A DNA stretch of 64,000 bases from an uncultured Actinomycetes bacterium. GTDB lineage: Bacteria; Actinomycetota; Humimicrobiia; Humimicrobiales; Humimicrobiaceae. The number at the start of each line of letters is the position of its first letter. The first letter of the stretch is position 1. Location: the NCBI GenBank assembly GCA_963847665.1, contig CAWKAO010000003.1:638309-702308 (forward strand), read 5' to 3'. Position numbers and translations under genes: made by a program. Below the pieces are notes generated by a model that ran no database searches, had not been told where the DNA came from, and saw only the letters and a list, made by a program, of their open reading frames with translations. Below are positions 1 through 10,087 of this stretch, in pieces.

Positions 1-798
1 TTACACAAAGAGATGGTCCTGAAAGCTGCAGCAGCAAAAAAACACATTTTTTGCGAAAAACCCCTTGCCTTATCTTTAGAACAAGCAGATGAAATGCTGA
101 ATGCAGTAAATAAAAATAATGTAAAAGCTATGGTAGGTCATGTATTAAGATTCTGGCCAGAATATGTAAGAATAAAAGAATATATTGATTCCGGGGTGCT
201 GGGAAAGCCGCTTCATGCTTTCTGTCAAAGGCTTGCTGTCACACCAGACTGGCATCAGGGTGACTGGGGAGCAAGTGAAAAATTTGGAGGTGGCGCTGCT
301 CTTGACCTGCACATCCATGACCTTGATTATCTCATCTGGATGTTTGGCAAACCGTCGATAGTGATGGCACAGGGTGTATTTGATCCTGCTAAAAAAGCAT
401 CAGGAGGTTTTGTTCATATTGCCACAACTGTAGAATTTAAGAATAAAGTCGGAGCTCTAGCAGAAGGAGGATGGGAATTTAAAGGAGCATTCCCATTTAC
501 TATGGTTTTAAGGATCCTATGTGAGAAAGGTACTGTGGAGTGGATTTTCAGAGCCGGAAAAAATATAGAGGAGAGGGCACAACAAGCTGAAGTCACAGTT
601 TATAAGGCAGATGGTTCTGTTGAGTTATTAAAGGCTGGTAATGAGGATGCATTTTTCCAGGAACTCGATTACTTTGTTGATTGTTTAGAGAATAACAGGC
701 CAATAAAAAATGCTTCTTTTAAAGACGGAAGAGATTCTCTCGAACTGGCGCTTGCAGCGATCAGATCTGCAAAAGAACATTGTGCAATAAAACTATAG
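1..798 (+). CDS. Gfo/Idh/MocA family NAD(P)-dependent oxidoreductase (5' end outside window)
   Basis: Frame is open from nt 1 (LHKE precedes the first Met at 13). HIFCEKPLAL matches the family EKP motif. Paralogue at 9068..10075. Confidence 0.8.
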   Translation, partial: LHKEMVLKAAAAKKHIFCEKPLALSLEQADEMLNAVNKNNVKAMVGHVLRFWPEYVRIKEYIDSGVLGKPLHAFCQRLAVTPDWHQGDWGASEKFGGGAALDLHIHDLDYLIWMFGKPSIVMAQGVFDPAKKASGGFVHIATTVEFKNKVGALAEGGWEFKGAFPFTMVLRILCEKGTVEWIFRAGKNIEERAQQAEVTVYKADGSVELLKAGNEDAFFQELDYFVDCLENNRPIKNASFKDGRDSLELALAAIRSAKEHCAIKL

Positions 799-875
799 TA
801 TATTTAAGACAGGATCGAGTTTCCTGTTCATTGTGATATTGTATATTAAAATTTTAATAAGACTGGAGAATAATC

Positions 876-1790
876 ATGTCGTATTTCAAGGGTATTCTAA
901 CGCACCAGACTGTAAGTGAAGAAGATTTTAATAAATTAATGACTATGCCTTCTGATGAAATAAAAAGCTGCGCTAATGTCGGTATCGATATTGTTGAAAA
1001 TGCAGGGATCCTTTATGAAAAGATGGCTCGTTCGATCGCAGATGTGATAATAAGAAATAATAATGAAGGTGCGAATACAAAAATAATTCTTCCTGTTGGT
1101 CCAACACCACAATATAAAATTTTATATGAGTATATAAACGTTGAAAAGATCGATCTGAAAAATGTCTGGATATTTTTCATGGATGAATATCTAGATTGGG
1201 AATGTAGATGGATACCTGAAAATAATCCTATGAGCTTTAGAGGGTACATGTCGAAAAACTTTTTTGATATGGTAGATAAGACTCTGGGGCTGGATAGATC
1301 ACAGGTAATATTTCCTAACCCATCAGACCTTGATTTCAATGAAAATAAGATAGAGGAACTCGGTGGTATAGATGTCTGCTACGGGGGACTTGGTTATCAC
1401 GGCCATATTGCCTTTAATGAACCTTTTGATACATATTACAGAAGAATGACAATTGAAAGGTTCCTTAATTCAAAAACAAGGATAATCGATTTAAACAGTG
1501 ATACTTTTGTAATAAACAGCTTGTGTGGAATAGGCGGGAATTGCTACGGATTGCCCCCAAAAGCAGTGACCATAGGAATGAAACCGATAATTAATGCTAA
1601 AAGGATAGAGATCTACTGTGATGGTGGTGACCTGAACTGGCAGCTCGCAAGTTTCAGGTTAGGTGTGATGCACCCACCCACCCTGGACCGTCCAGGGACT
1701 TTACTTCAACTTCATCCTGATCCAAAGGAGACTGTACTGTTTGTAGCAGACAGGTTAACAGCACGTCCTATTATTGTTGCCCCAAAATAA
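876..1790 (+). CDS. glucosamine-6-phosphate deaminase/isomerase-like protein (NagB/6-phosphogluconolactonase fold)
   Basis: 304-aa ORF with GGAG about 9 nt upstream. GGLGYHGHIAFNEP resembles the NagB active-site His region. It is longer than a canonical NagB. Confidence 0.6.
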   Translation: MSYFKGILTHQTVSEEDFNKLMTMPSDEIKSCANVGIDIVENAGILYEKMARSIADVIIRNNNEGANTKIILPVGPTPQYKILYEYINVEKIDLKNVWIFFMDEYLDWECRWIPENNPMSFRGYMSKNFFDMVDKTLGLDRSQVIFPNPSDLDFNENKIEELGGIDVCYGGLGYHGHIAFNEPFDTYYRRMTIERFLNSKTRIIDLNSDTFVINSLCGIGGNCYGLPPKAVTIGMKPIINAKRIEIYCDGGDLNWQLASFRLGVMHPPTLDRPGTLLQLHPDPKETVLFVADRLTARPIIVAPK

Positions 1791-1792
1791 CT

Positions 1793-2935
1793 ATGAGCAT
1801 AGAATCTAAAAAACTGATAGTTGATTGTATAAGACACAAGAATATAGGCAAAGTCCCAACAATGTATAGAGGTGAGCCATCAACAAATGAAAAGCTTATT
1901 GATTTTTTTAACCTAAACAGGCTTGAAGACGATTGGGAAAAACTAATTGAGCTGCTTGGAGCTGATAACTATTCTGATGGAGAGACACTTGGAGGATTCA
2001 CCACTTATTTTCCAAAATATACAGGCCCTGATTTTAAAAGCTTGTTTGAAGTAAACAGATTTGACATCTGGGGGATAAAATCTGAAGAGGTCTATATTGG
2101 AAGAGAAAGGCATATTGTTTTTTCAAAAACACCTCCATTAAGCATGAAGGACGATGTTTCCGCTCTGCATGATTACCCATACCCTAAACTTGAATGGTTT
2201 GATTTTAGTATTTATAAAAACAATACCGAACAGGTCTCACATAAAAGTGATAATGAGCAACAGGAGATCAGATTATCTGATTTTAAAAGATCAGAGACCT
2301 ATTTTTTAAACACAAGTTGCCTTAACAGTATATTCATGGTCTCTACATATATGAGGGGGCTGGAAAAGTTATTTATAGATTTTTTATTAAATCCGTTATA
2401 TGCAGAAACCCTGCTTGTAAAGATAGGCGATTTTATGGTTGAATTTAACCGGAAAAATCTTGCTACAATCGGGAAATTCATTGATCTTTATGGAATCTGG
2501 GATGATTTTGCTGACCAGGAAGGTCTCCTCATCTCCCCAGATCTATGGAGAAAGTTATATAAGCCCTGGTATATAAAATTTATAAATGAAGCAAAAAAGC
2601 ATGATTTATTGATCTGCTTTCATGTTTGTGGAAACTGCTCGGATATAATCGGTGATTTAATTGAAATGGGAGTGGATATTCTTGACCCGATCCAGGTTTC
2701 TGCAAAGAATATGGATCTGGAGAACCTTAAAGCAAAATTTGGTAAAAATATATGTTTTCATGGTGGATTGGATACACAAAAATTTCTACCCTTTGTTACA
2801 AAAGAAGATGTAAAAAAAGAAGTCAGAAGAATAAAAGATCTCTTTAATAAAACCGGCGGCTTGATACTTGGCCCTTCCCATTATTTAACTTCTGATATAC
2901 CAGTTGATAATATATTAGCTATTTACAGTGAATAA
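1793..2935 (+). CDS. uroporphyrinogen decarboxylase (URO-D) family protein
   Basis: 380-aa ORF starting 2 nt after the upstream stop. The C-terminal half (FHVCGN, DILDPIQ, FHGGLDTQ) looks like a URO-D/MtaA-type TIM barrel. Clear paralogue of 32126..33268, also 380 aa. Confidence 0.6.
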   Translation: MSIESKKLIVDCIRHKNIGKVPTMYRGEPSTNEKLIDFFNLNRLEDDWEKLIELLGADNYSDGETLGGFTTYFPKYTGPDFKSLFEVNRFDIWGIKSEEVYIGRERHIVFSKTPPLSMKDDVSALHDYPYPKLEWFDFSIYKNNTEQVSHKSDNEQQEIRLSDFKRSETYFLNTSCLNSIFMVSTYMRGLEKLFIDFLLNPLYAETLLVKIGDFMVEFNRKNLATIGKFIDLYGIWDDFADQEGLLISPDLWRKLYKPWYIKFINEAKKHDLLICFHVCGNCSDIIGDLIEMGVDILDPIQVSAKNMDLENLKAKFGKNICFHGGLDTQKFLPFVTKEDVKKEVRRIKDLFNKTGGLILGPSHYLTSDIPVDNILAIYSE

Positions 2936-2975
2936 TCCTATGGGATTTTAAGCTATATAAAAAGGTTATTATCAC

Positions 2976-3914
2976 ATGCTAAAAAAGAAGAGTGGCTTTC
3001 GAATCGAATATTTTCTAATGCTTATAGTCTCGTTTTTCTGGGCTATCGGTCATCCTTTAGGGAGGATCATCGTACAAAGTGTTCATCCCTTCCAGATCGG
3101 TACCTTAACCCTAAGCACTGGATTCATCGGGCTGCTCATATTCTTAATTATTTCTGGCAGGATCAGGGGGATAAAAAAATTTTCATACCGGGATGTGCTC
3201 TTTTCTCTGGGGCTTGGTGTGTTCGGTTTCTTTTTTTATCAGATACTGACATTTAGTGCCCTTGCCCGTATTCCTGCTTCCATGAATGCAGTACTTATAT
3301 CCAGTAATGTAGTTTTTATCACCCTTCTCGCAGCCCTTATTCTTAAAGAGCGTATTAAGCCTGCAAGTATTGTAGGCATAATCCTTGCATTATGTGGGGT
3401 AATACTTGTGACATTCAACAAAGGTCTATCTTTTGGAGAGGGAACAGGAAGAATGGATTTACTTGGATTTTCCTTCTCTCTACTGGCGGCTTTATCATTT
3501 GCACTCTATTCAGTCCTTGGAAAAAGAATACTTGCCTCCAACGATACCCTTATTGTGGCTGCCCTTGCGCTGTTTTCGGGAGCAGTTTTATTGACTGTGC
3601 TTACAGCGATCACAGTCGGTTTTACAGAGATAGCTTTAGCAGGTTGGTCCACGATTCTCATCATGGTATTTCTTGGCCTCACCATGATCGGTATCGCTTA
3701 TCCACTCTGGTTTACCTGTATCAAGAAGCTTCCTGTATCGCACGTTTCTATTTATATCTACCTTACTCCGGTTTTTGCTGTTATTCTCTCACTCATTATT
3801 TTAAATGAGCGATTTTCCTGGTTATTCTGGGTCGGTGGTGCAGTTATTATGGGAGGTATCATCATTACCAATGTATTTGCATCAGGTAAACCTGCAATAA
3901 AGGAAAAAAAATAA
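2976..3914 (+). CDS. EamA/DMT family transporter
   Basis: 312 aa, about ten hydrophobic helices in two similar halves, Gly-rich helices typical of EamA repeats. Confidence 0.8.
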   Translation: MLKKKSGFRIEYFLMLIVSFFWAIGHPLGRIIVQSVHPFQIGTLTLSTGFIGLLIFLIISGRIRGIKKFSYRDVLFSLGLGVFGFFFYQILTFSALARIPASMNAVLISSNVVFITLLAALILKERIKPASIVGIILALCGVILVTFNKGLSFGEGTGRMDLLGFSFSLLAALSFALYSVLGKRILASNDTLIVAALALFSGAVLLTVLTAITVGFTEIALAGWSTILIMVFLGLTMIGIAYPLWFTCIKKLPVSHVSIYIYLTPVFAVILSLIILNERFSWLFWVGGAVIMGGIIITNVFASGKPAIKEKK

Positions 3915-4343
3915 TTTATTTACAGAAATTTTATAATTAAAAGAAAATGAGATTATCAATATATTTTTTCTGAGAAATTAAACAATTTTTTTAGTATTTC
4001 ATATTTCTTTAAAAGCTGGAATAATTGTTATATTATATGCAAAATAAATATAATTTTATCAAATAAAACTATTACGCATTTTTTTAGATGGTTCCTTTAT
4101 AGCCAATAACTTGGTACTTAATTAATTTTAACCGATACTTGAAAAACTAAAAAATTCGCTATTTAGAAAGATTGGAGGTGATAACAAAAAAAAATGCAAG
4201 CAGAAAGGAGGTGTTATCTTTATGGGCAAAGGATAAGATTTAGTTATTATAAAAGGAAACTAATAATTATAGTGAATTTACTAAATCTTAAATAAGAAAT
4301 GTTCAATTCTAGAAAAAATTAATTAACTTGAAAGGGGTTTATA

Positions 4344-5522
4344 GTGAAACGATATATATGGTTATCACTTGTCTTAGTAGTATCTATATCGATGTTGGTA
4401 AGTTTTACTCTTGTTGGTTGTAAACAAGCAACCACTACGGCAGAAGAGACTACAATGGCTGAAGAAACTACAATGGCTGAAGAAACAGCTGCCGTAGAAG
4501 AAGGGCCAGCTGAGCTTGTTGACGTTACCTGGATCAGTCCCAGAGGAACACTGGATGTAATGGATGATTATAATATATGGGTTGCAATTGAGATGGGTTA
4601 TTTTGCGGAACTTGGCATTAATCCAATTATGGAACCAGGACCCAATGAAGCACTTGCAACATGTAAGTTTGTAAGTGAAGGACAGGCAGATATCGGTTAT
4701 CCATCACCAGGAGTCTTGACCTCAAGTGTTGATACAGGTATGGATGTTATAATGGCTATGGAATATATAAAGGACCAGGTCTTTAATTTTGCTGTTAAAG
4801 AAGATAGCGATATACAGTCTGTCCAGGAATTGGCCGGCAAAACAATATCCATATGGGCTCCAGGTGGAGAGGTAGTGACTATCCCGATATTAAAAGAAGT
4901 AGGAATTGACCCTGATGGTGTAAATTTTGTATATGGTAGTAACTGGGGCCAAATGGTAACTCTTGGAGAAGCTGATGCAGCTCAATCTTGGGCAGGATTA
5001 GGACCGCAATGGGACGCTGTCGGGCTTGGCTTAAGATATTTTTATGGTACTGATTATTCGACAATGCCATCCAATGGTTATGCGGTCAGAAAATCAGATC
5101 TAGCCGATCCTGCAAAGAGAGAATTACTGGTGAAGTTTTTAAGAGCATCAGCAATGGGTATAGAATTTGCGCGTCAAAATCCACGTGCTGCAGCTCAAAT
5201 TACTTATGATAAGTTTGCGACTGTTAGAGAGCAAATGGAACCCCAGCTTGCACTTGCATCACTTCAGGAGCTGCATTGGCTTTATACAGGCAGTGAAAGA
5301 GAACTTGGCGGGTATGGAACTGCTCCAGAATCATGGAATACGTATCTTGAAATAATTTACGAACTGGGACAAACTCAAAAGAAACTTACATTTGAGGATG
5401 TTGCTACTAACGAGCTGGTACCTGAGATAAATGATTTTGATAAAGCTAAAGTTAAGGCTGATGCGGAAGCCTTTGAACTTAACGACACATGGAAAGATGT
5501 AGAAGTCGTCGGCAACTGGTAA
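4344..5522 (+). CDS. ABC transporter substrate-binding lipoprotein (NMT1/THI5-like, NitT/TauT family)
   Basis: GTG start after AAAGGGG. Signal peptide ending in lipobox LVGC, then a Thr/Glu-rich linker. Followed by the cognate ATPase and permease genes. Confidence 0.7.
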   Translation: MKRYIWLSLVLVVSISMLVSFTLVGCKQATTTAEETTMAEETTMAEETAAVEEGPAELVDVTWISPRGTLDVMDDYNIWVAIEMGYFAELGINPIMEPGPNEALATCKFVSEGQADIGYPSPGVLTSSVDTGMDVIMAMEYIKDQVFNFAVKEDSDIQSVQELAGKTISIWAPGGEVVTIPILKEVGIDPDGVNFVYGSNWGQMVTLGEADAAQSWAGLGPQWDAVGLGLRYFYGTDYSTMPSNGYAVRKSDLADPAKRELLVKFLRASAMGIEFARQNPRAAAQITYDKFATVREQMEPQLALASLQELHWLYTGSERELGGYGTAPESWNTYLEIIYELGQTQKKLTFEDVATNELVPEINDFDKAKVKADAEAFELNDTWKDVEVVGNW

Positions 5523-5577
5523 AAAGATTATAAAATTATTAAAATCATGTACATTGATCATCTAAGATAGGAATTGG

Positions 5578-5620
5578 TAAGCTAACAGCTCAAAAATAAT
5601 CAAAATGGGCTGTTAGCTTA
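5578..5620 (+). promoter_or_regulatory. perfect 12-bp stem-loop between the SBP and ATPase genes (intra-operon attenuator or mRNA stabiliser candidate)
   Basis: TAAGCTAACAGC (5578-5589) and GCTGTTAGCTTA (5609-5620) are exact reverse complements around a 19-nt loop. No clean U-tract follows. Confidence 0.5.
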
Positions 5621-5640
5621 TATAAAAATAAGGAGATTTT

Positions 5641-6462
5641 ATGAATGATGAATTTATTATTGTTACGGAGAATGTCAGTAAAACTTACATAACCCAAAAA
5701 GAACCGGTACCTGCTATAAAAGATTTTTCGATGCAGATAAAAGAAGGGGACTTTGTAGCTATAGTGGGACCAAGTGGTTGTGGAAAAACAACCCTTCTTT
5801 GGGGTCTGACTGGCCTTCACCCCTTTACTTCTGGGAGAGCATTAATACTGGGAGAAGAAGTAGAAAAACCAAGAAAAGAAGTTGGGATAATCTTTCAGCA
5901 GTCTAATCTTTTACCGTGGAGAAATTTAATTGATAATATGTATTTTCCACTTGAAATAATGAGAGAAAACTTAAATGATTATAAAGAGCACGTTTCAGAG
6001 TTGATAGAAAGTGTTGGTTTGGGTGGTTTTGAAAAACGATACCCAAAAGAACTTTCTGGAGGCATGCAGCAGAGAGCGTCAATCGTAAGAGCATTATCAT
6101 ATGACCCAAAAATACTGCTGATGGACGAACCATTTGGGGCGCTTGATGCTTATACAAGAGATGAGATGGACACACTTATTTTAGGAATTTGGGAAAAGAC
6201 AAAAAAGACTATTGTCTTTGTGACACATAGAATAGAGGAAGCAGTTTACCTTGCAAATAAAGTATATGTTATGACTCCCCGGCCTGCAATAAATTCTGAA
6301 ACTTTCAATATTGATCTACCAAGGCCTCGTCCGGCTGGCATAACTATGGATAAGATATTTTTTGAGATTGTAGCAAAAATTAAGAAAAAAATTGTAGATG
6401 ATGTAGAGGCACAAAAAAAAGCTGGAAAATATGCAAGCCAGGCTTTCAGTACTGTAGCTTAG
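5641..6462 (+). CDS. ABC transporter ATP-binding protein (NitT/TauT family)
   Basis: Walker A GPSGCGKTT, signature LSGGMQQR, Walker B LLMDEPF. AAGGAG SD upstream. Confidence 0.9.
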   Translation: MNDEFIIVTENVSKTYITQKEPVPAIKDFSMQIKEGDFVAIVGPSGCGKTTLLWGLTGLHPFTSGRALILGEEVEKPRKEVGIIFQQSNLLPWRNLIDNMYFPLEIMRENLNDYKEHVSELIESVGLGGFEKRYPKELSGGMQQRASIVRALSYDPKILLMDEPFGALDAYTRDEMDTLILGIWEKTKKTIVFVTHRIEEAVYLANKVYVMTPRPAINSETFNIDLPRPRPAGITMDKIFFEIVAKIKKKIVDDVEAQKKAGKYASQAFSTVA

Positions 6463-6572
6463 AAAAAAATTATTTTGTATCTACCATCTATATAAAATTT
6501 AATTACGAAATAAAATATAGGAAGTAAATATTTAAGTTATAAATAGAATATAAAAACTACAGGAGTATATTT

Positions 6573-7433
6573 ATGAGTAACTATGACGAAGAATTAAAAG
6601 ATAAGATACCAGATTTCGAAGAGGCAGAGCACCATCATAAGCAGACAAGCAGCCTCGATATTTCTGCTACTGTGTCTGCCGTAAAAATACACGGATGGAA
6701 GCAAGTTGTAGGTATTTTAGTAATGGCAATTATCATCATAGGCCTCTGGGAGCTTCTTGTCAGGTTGTTTCACGTTCCGGAGTATGTCTTTCCGACACCA
6801 ACTGCAATTATAAAAGCGCTGATTACTTCTTTTCCAAATATATATCCCGATTTTTTATATACACTATCGGCACTTGTGTCCGGATATTTAATAGGAGCTT
6901 CGATAGGACTTATTTTGGCTGCTGTTCTTACCCAGATACCATTTATAGAGAAAATAATAACTCCTTATATAATTTTAATAATAACAACTCCAACGATTGC
7001 CCTGATTCCTTTACTTATGATAATGCTCGGGTTTAATATCTGGCCAAGAATAATAGCAGTTGCATTAGCTGTAGGGCCAATGGTCATGATCAATTCAGTC
7101 ACAGGTTTCAGGCAGACAGATCTGGCAAAGATCGCTCTTGCAAAATCTTATGGGGCGACTACTTTTCAAATATTTAGAAAGATCCGATTTCCTCTTGCAC
7201 TTCCTATGATCAATGTAGGGTTACTTGTCGGAGGTATTTTTGGTCTTATCACTGCAGTTGGAGCAGATATGGTTGGAGGTAAAATAGGGTTGGGCCATAA
7301 AATAGCATATTATTCTGCTCTTGCCAGAATGGGTAACTTTTTTGCTACAATACTTTTAGTTTCTATAATAGGGATTTCTATATGGATCATTATGGCAAAT
7401 GTCGGGAGAAAATGGTCAAGCTGGAGCGAGTAG
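6573..7433 (+). CDS. ABC transporter permease (NitT/TauT family)
   Basis: 286 aa, multiple TM helices. The region SYGATTFQIFRKIRFPLALP resembles the BPD-transporter EAA loop. Sits in an operon with the SBP and ATPase. Confidence 0.85.
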   Translation: MSNYDEELKDKIPDFEEAEHHHKQTSSLDISATVSAVKIHGWKQVVGILVMAIIIIGLWELLVRLFHVPEYVFPTPTAIIKALITSFPNIYPDFLYTLSALVSGYLIGASIGLILAAVLTQIPFIEKIITPYIILIITTPTIALIPLLMIMLGFNIWPRIIAVALAVGPMVMINSVTGFRQTDLAKIALAKSYGATTFQIFRKIRFPLALPMINVGLLVGGIFGLITAVGADMVGGKIGLGHKIAYYSALARMGNFFATILLVSIIGISIWIIMANVGRKWSSWSE

Positions 7434-7696
7434 AAGTCCTGAATTGATTAATAATAGTATTTTGTTTAAAAAGAACTATGAAGGTTCCAGTGGTAATTAT
7501 TCACTTGGAAGATCTAGAAGTTTTTTGTATAGGAAAATGTGCTCATAAGAATATAAATATTTTAGGGCAGATTGATCCAGACCTGTTTATCACTCAAAAT
7601 ACAAATAAATTAGTTTACGAGTCTTCTTATCATCCAAATCTTAAAGTAAACACAAAAAATAAAAATATTTTTGTATCTTGATCTGAAGGAGGAAAC

Positions 7697-8500
7697 ATGA
7701 AAAGTACAATAGGAGTTGTGACTTCTACTTATCCTAATTTCAGTGGTGTTGAAGCTATGGAAGGTATATCAAAAGCAGGTTTTAAGTATATAGAGCTGGC
7801 GTCAGCACCCGCATTTTTCGAGCACATGCCAAGACCTGAAAAGAGTACTGATAAGAATATAGTGGATGGAGTTCTAGATTTATGCAAAAAATACAATCTG
7901 ACCCTGCAAACTATTGCTGGACACACAAGGATGATGAAGGAAGATTCAGTTAAGAATTTTAAAACTGTCATAGACTTTGCAAACCTGGCAGGAGTAAAAT
8001 TTATAACTACAGATGCTGGAGATGTTAATGGAAAGGATGACGAGAAAAAGTTTTATGCTGATGTATCAGAGCTTTCAGAATATGCACAAGATAAAGGGAT
8101 AAGCATATGTTTTGAGATGCATGGAAACTGGTGTAATAACGGTAAGAACGGTGCAGAGATAATAAAAGTGATAAACCGTCCGAATATAAGATTAAATTAT
8201 GACACTGGTAATGTTATTCTTTATGGTAAAACCAGACCTGAAGAAGACATAAAATATGCTCTCCCATATATGGGGCATCTACACATAAAAGACCATGGAA
8301 GTGGTAAGATAGGAGAATGGAATTTCCCTGCGCTTGGTGATGGAGTGCTTGACTTTGATAAAATTTTTGACCTCTTAGAGGATTACACCGGACCTTCAAG
8401 TGTCGAGGTTGAGTTTGAAGGGAAAGAGCATACTTTAGATGAAATAAACCATGCAGTAAAAAAGTCTTTTGATTTTTTAAAAGGTTATGGATATGTTTAA
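7697..8500 (+). CDS. sugar phosphate isomerase/epimerase (xylose isomerase-like TIM barrel)
   Basis: 267 aa, GAAGGAGG SD. Pattern of AGFKYIEL, CFEMHG, NYDTGN and HLHIKD is typical of AP endonuclease 2/xylose-isomerase-like TIM barrels. Confidence 0.8.
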   Translation: MKSTIGVVTSTYPNFSGVEAMEGISKAGFKYIELASAPAFFEHMPRPEKSTDKNIVDGVLDLCKKYNLTLQTIAGHTRMMKEDSVKNFKTVIDFANLAGVKFITTDAGDVNGKDDEKKFYADVSELSEYAQDKGISICFEMHGNWCNNGKNGAEIIKVINRPNIRLNYDTGNVILYGKTRPEEDIKYALPYMGHLHIKDHGSGKIGEWNFPALGDGVLDFDKIFDLLEDYTGPSSVEVEFEGKEHTLDEINHAVKKSFDFLKGYGYV

Positions 8501-8567
8501 TAAAGAATCAGAGTAAAAAAGTCTAGACCATACTTAATTGAATAATTAAAATTTAGGGAGGGGTAAA

Positions 8568-8918
8568 ATGGAATTTGATCATGTAGGATTAATAACAGAA
8601 AAAAAGAAAGATAATGAGGACTGGGTAGAGGATACTCGTGTATGGGTAACTAATCCAAAAGACCATCCCTTTCACGTTGAATGGCTTCGTTGGGAACCGG
8701 ATACTTCTGTTAAAGGTCCAGTTAAAAATGAACCACATATTGCTTACAGGGTAAAAAGTATAGCTGAAGCGTCTAAGGGGTTAAAAGTGTTACTTGAACC
8801 TTTTGAAGTAGGTGGATTTCTACGCGTTGGATTCTATGAGTACAAAGATGGCACAGTGATCGAGCTCATGGAGTATCTTAAAGGCGATAATCAGTGGTTT
8901 GGTAAGGAAACAAAGTAA
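8568..8918 (+). CDS. VOC (glyoxalase/bleomycin-resistance fold) family protein
   Basis: 116 aa. The N-terminal FDHVGL and later HIAYRV resemble the two metal-ligand strands of VOC proteins. GGGAGGGG SD. Confidence 0.5.
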   Translation: MEFDHVGLITEKKKDNEDWVEDTRVWVTNPKDHPFHVEWLRWEPDTSVKGPVKNEPHIAYRVKSIAEASKGLKVLLEPFEVGGFLRVGFYEYKDGTVIELMEYLKGDNQWFGKETK

Positions 8919-9067
8919 GAAAGGCGGTATAGAAAGTTCAAAAAAATCAAGTCTAAGAGGATATTAAAGATTTTTATATTCTTTGTATAAGATTATAACC
9001 TTAATAAAAGTATGTTTAGACTGGGCATTAAAATTTTATTATTTGAAATTAAACAAGGAGCATAAGA

Positions 9068-10075
9068 ATGAGAAGGATAAAATGTGGAGTAATTGGACTT
9101 GGATGGTTTGGAGAGCATCACATAGATACTCTCAAAGAATTACCACTCGCTGAGGTCACGGCTATTTGTACAAGGCGTGAAGAGCACTTAAAAAATATTG
9201 CCAGGAAATATGATATACCTGAATACTATACTGATTATCATGAACTCCTGGCTAATGCTGAAATAGACCTGGTATCCATAGTCACACATGTAAAAGACCA
9301 TAAGCAGATCGCCATAGATGCACTCAAGGCGGGAAAACATGTTTTCCTTGAAAAACCAATGGCGGATACCCCGGAAGAATGTGACGAGATTATAAAAGCT
9401 GTTAAAGAAACAGATAAATTTTTTATGGTCGGTCATATTTGCAGGTTTGGAGTAGATTATGCCATCGCGAAAGAAGAAATTGAGGCTGGTAAGATCGGTA
9501 AGATATTGTCAATACATGCCAAGAGAAACCTTGCTGGTTGGATAACTGAAAGTCACCTACACAAAATCAGTGCATTGTTTGGAGATGGAGTACATGATCT
9601 TGATCTTGCGCTATGGTATACAAAATCAAAACCAGTTAGTGTCTATGCCCAGACCAGGAAAACAAGAGCATCTATTGTTTATGATGATCTTGGCTGGGCG
9701 ATGTTTACCTTAGAGGATGGAACAATAGTTGTCATAGAAAATATCTGGTGCCTGCCTGACAATGTACCATTTGCAATTGGTGCAAACATGCAGATAATAG
9801 GGACAAAAGGCACGATATCTATCGACCACTCTGGTGAAAATTTTAAGGTACTGACAGAAAAAGGCCTTGAATATCCACCAACAGTTTACTGGCCTAAAAT
9901 ACATGGATTAAGAAGGGGATTGTTAAAAGAAGAATTCGATTATTTTCTCAAATGCATCTTAAATAACAATAAACCTGATGTAATAACACCTGAAGAATCA
10001 AAAGCAGTGATACAGGCCATGAGAATAGCCGAGAAAGCTGCTGATGAAAATAGGGTAATAAAATTTAATGAGTAG
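9068..10075 (+). CDS. Gfo/Idh/MocA family oxidoreductase
   Basis: N-terminal Rossmann motif GVIGLGWFG and EKP motif HVFLEKPMA. 335 aa. Confidence 0.85.
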   Translation: MRRIKCGVIGLGWFGEHHIDTLKELPLAEVTAICTRREEHLKNIARKYDIPEYYTDYHELLANAEIDLVSIVTHVKDHKQIAIDALKAGKHVFLEKPMADTPEECDEIIKAVKETDKFFMVGHICRFGVDYAIAKEEIEAGKIGKILSIHAKRNLAGWITESHLHKISALFGDGVHDLDLALWYTKSKPVSVYAQTRKTRASIVYDDLGWAMFTLEDGTIVVIENIWCLPDNVPFAIGANMQIIGTKGTISIDHSGENFKVLTEKGLEYPPTVYWPKIHGLRRGLLKEEFDYFLKCILNNNKPDVITPEESKAVIQAMRIAEKAADENRVIKFNE

Positions 10076-10087
10076 GGAGGGGTAGAA

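Noticed and set aside
3392-3808. 138-aa alternate-frame ORF within the EamA transporter gene.
   Set aside because: It overlaps a complete 10-TM transporter ORF in another frame. It is Cys/Trp/Arg-rich, which is typical of out-of-frame translation.
3915-4343. Possible TPP (THI-box) riboswitch upstream of the NMT1/THI5-like SBP. CTGAGA is present at 3970-3975.
   Set aside because: The other conserved elements are absent: the G-rich P1/P2 strands and the ACCTGATCTGGATAATGCCAGCG-like pyrimidine-sensor helix. The single hexamer is expected by chance.
4440-4502. Tandem AEETTM-type repeat in the SBP linker. A similar AETTMAAET string occurs after the pstS lipobox (about 51060-51100).
   Set aside because: These are low-complexity Thr/Glu/Ala linkers after lipoprotein Cys residues. 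They probably reflect a compositional preference for tether regions rather than a functional element.
7478-7681. 67-aa ORF in the gap between the ABC permease and the TIM-barrel isomerase genes.
   Set aside because: It has no SD before the ATG, no recognisable motif and an AT-rich low-information sequence. I cannot support it as a gene.
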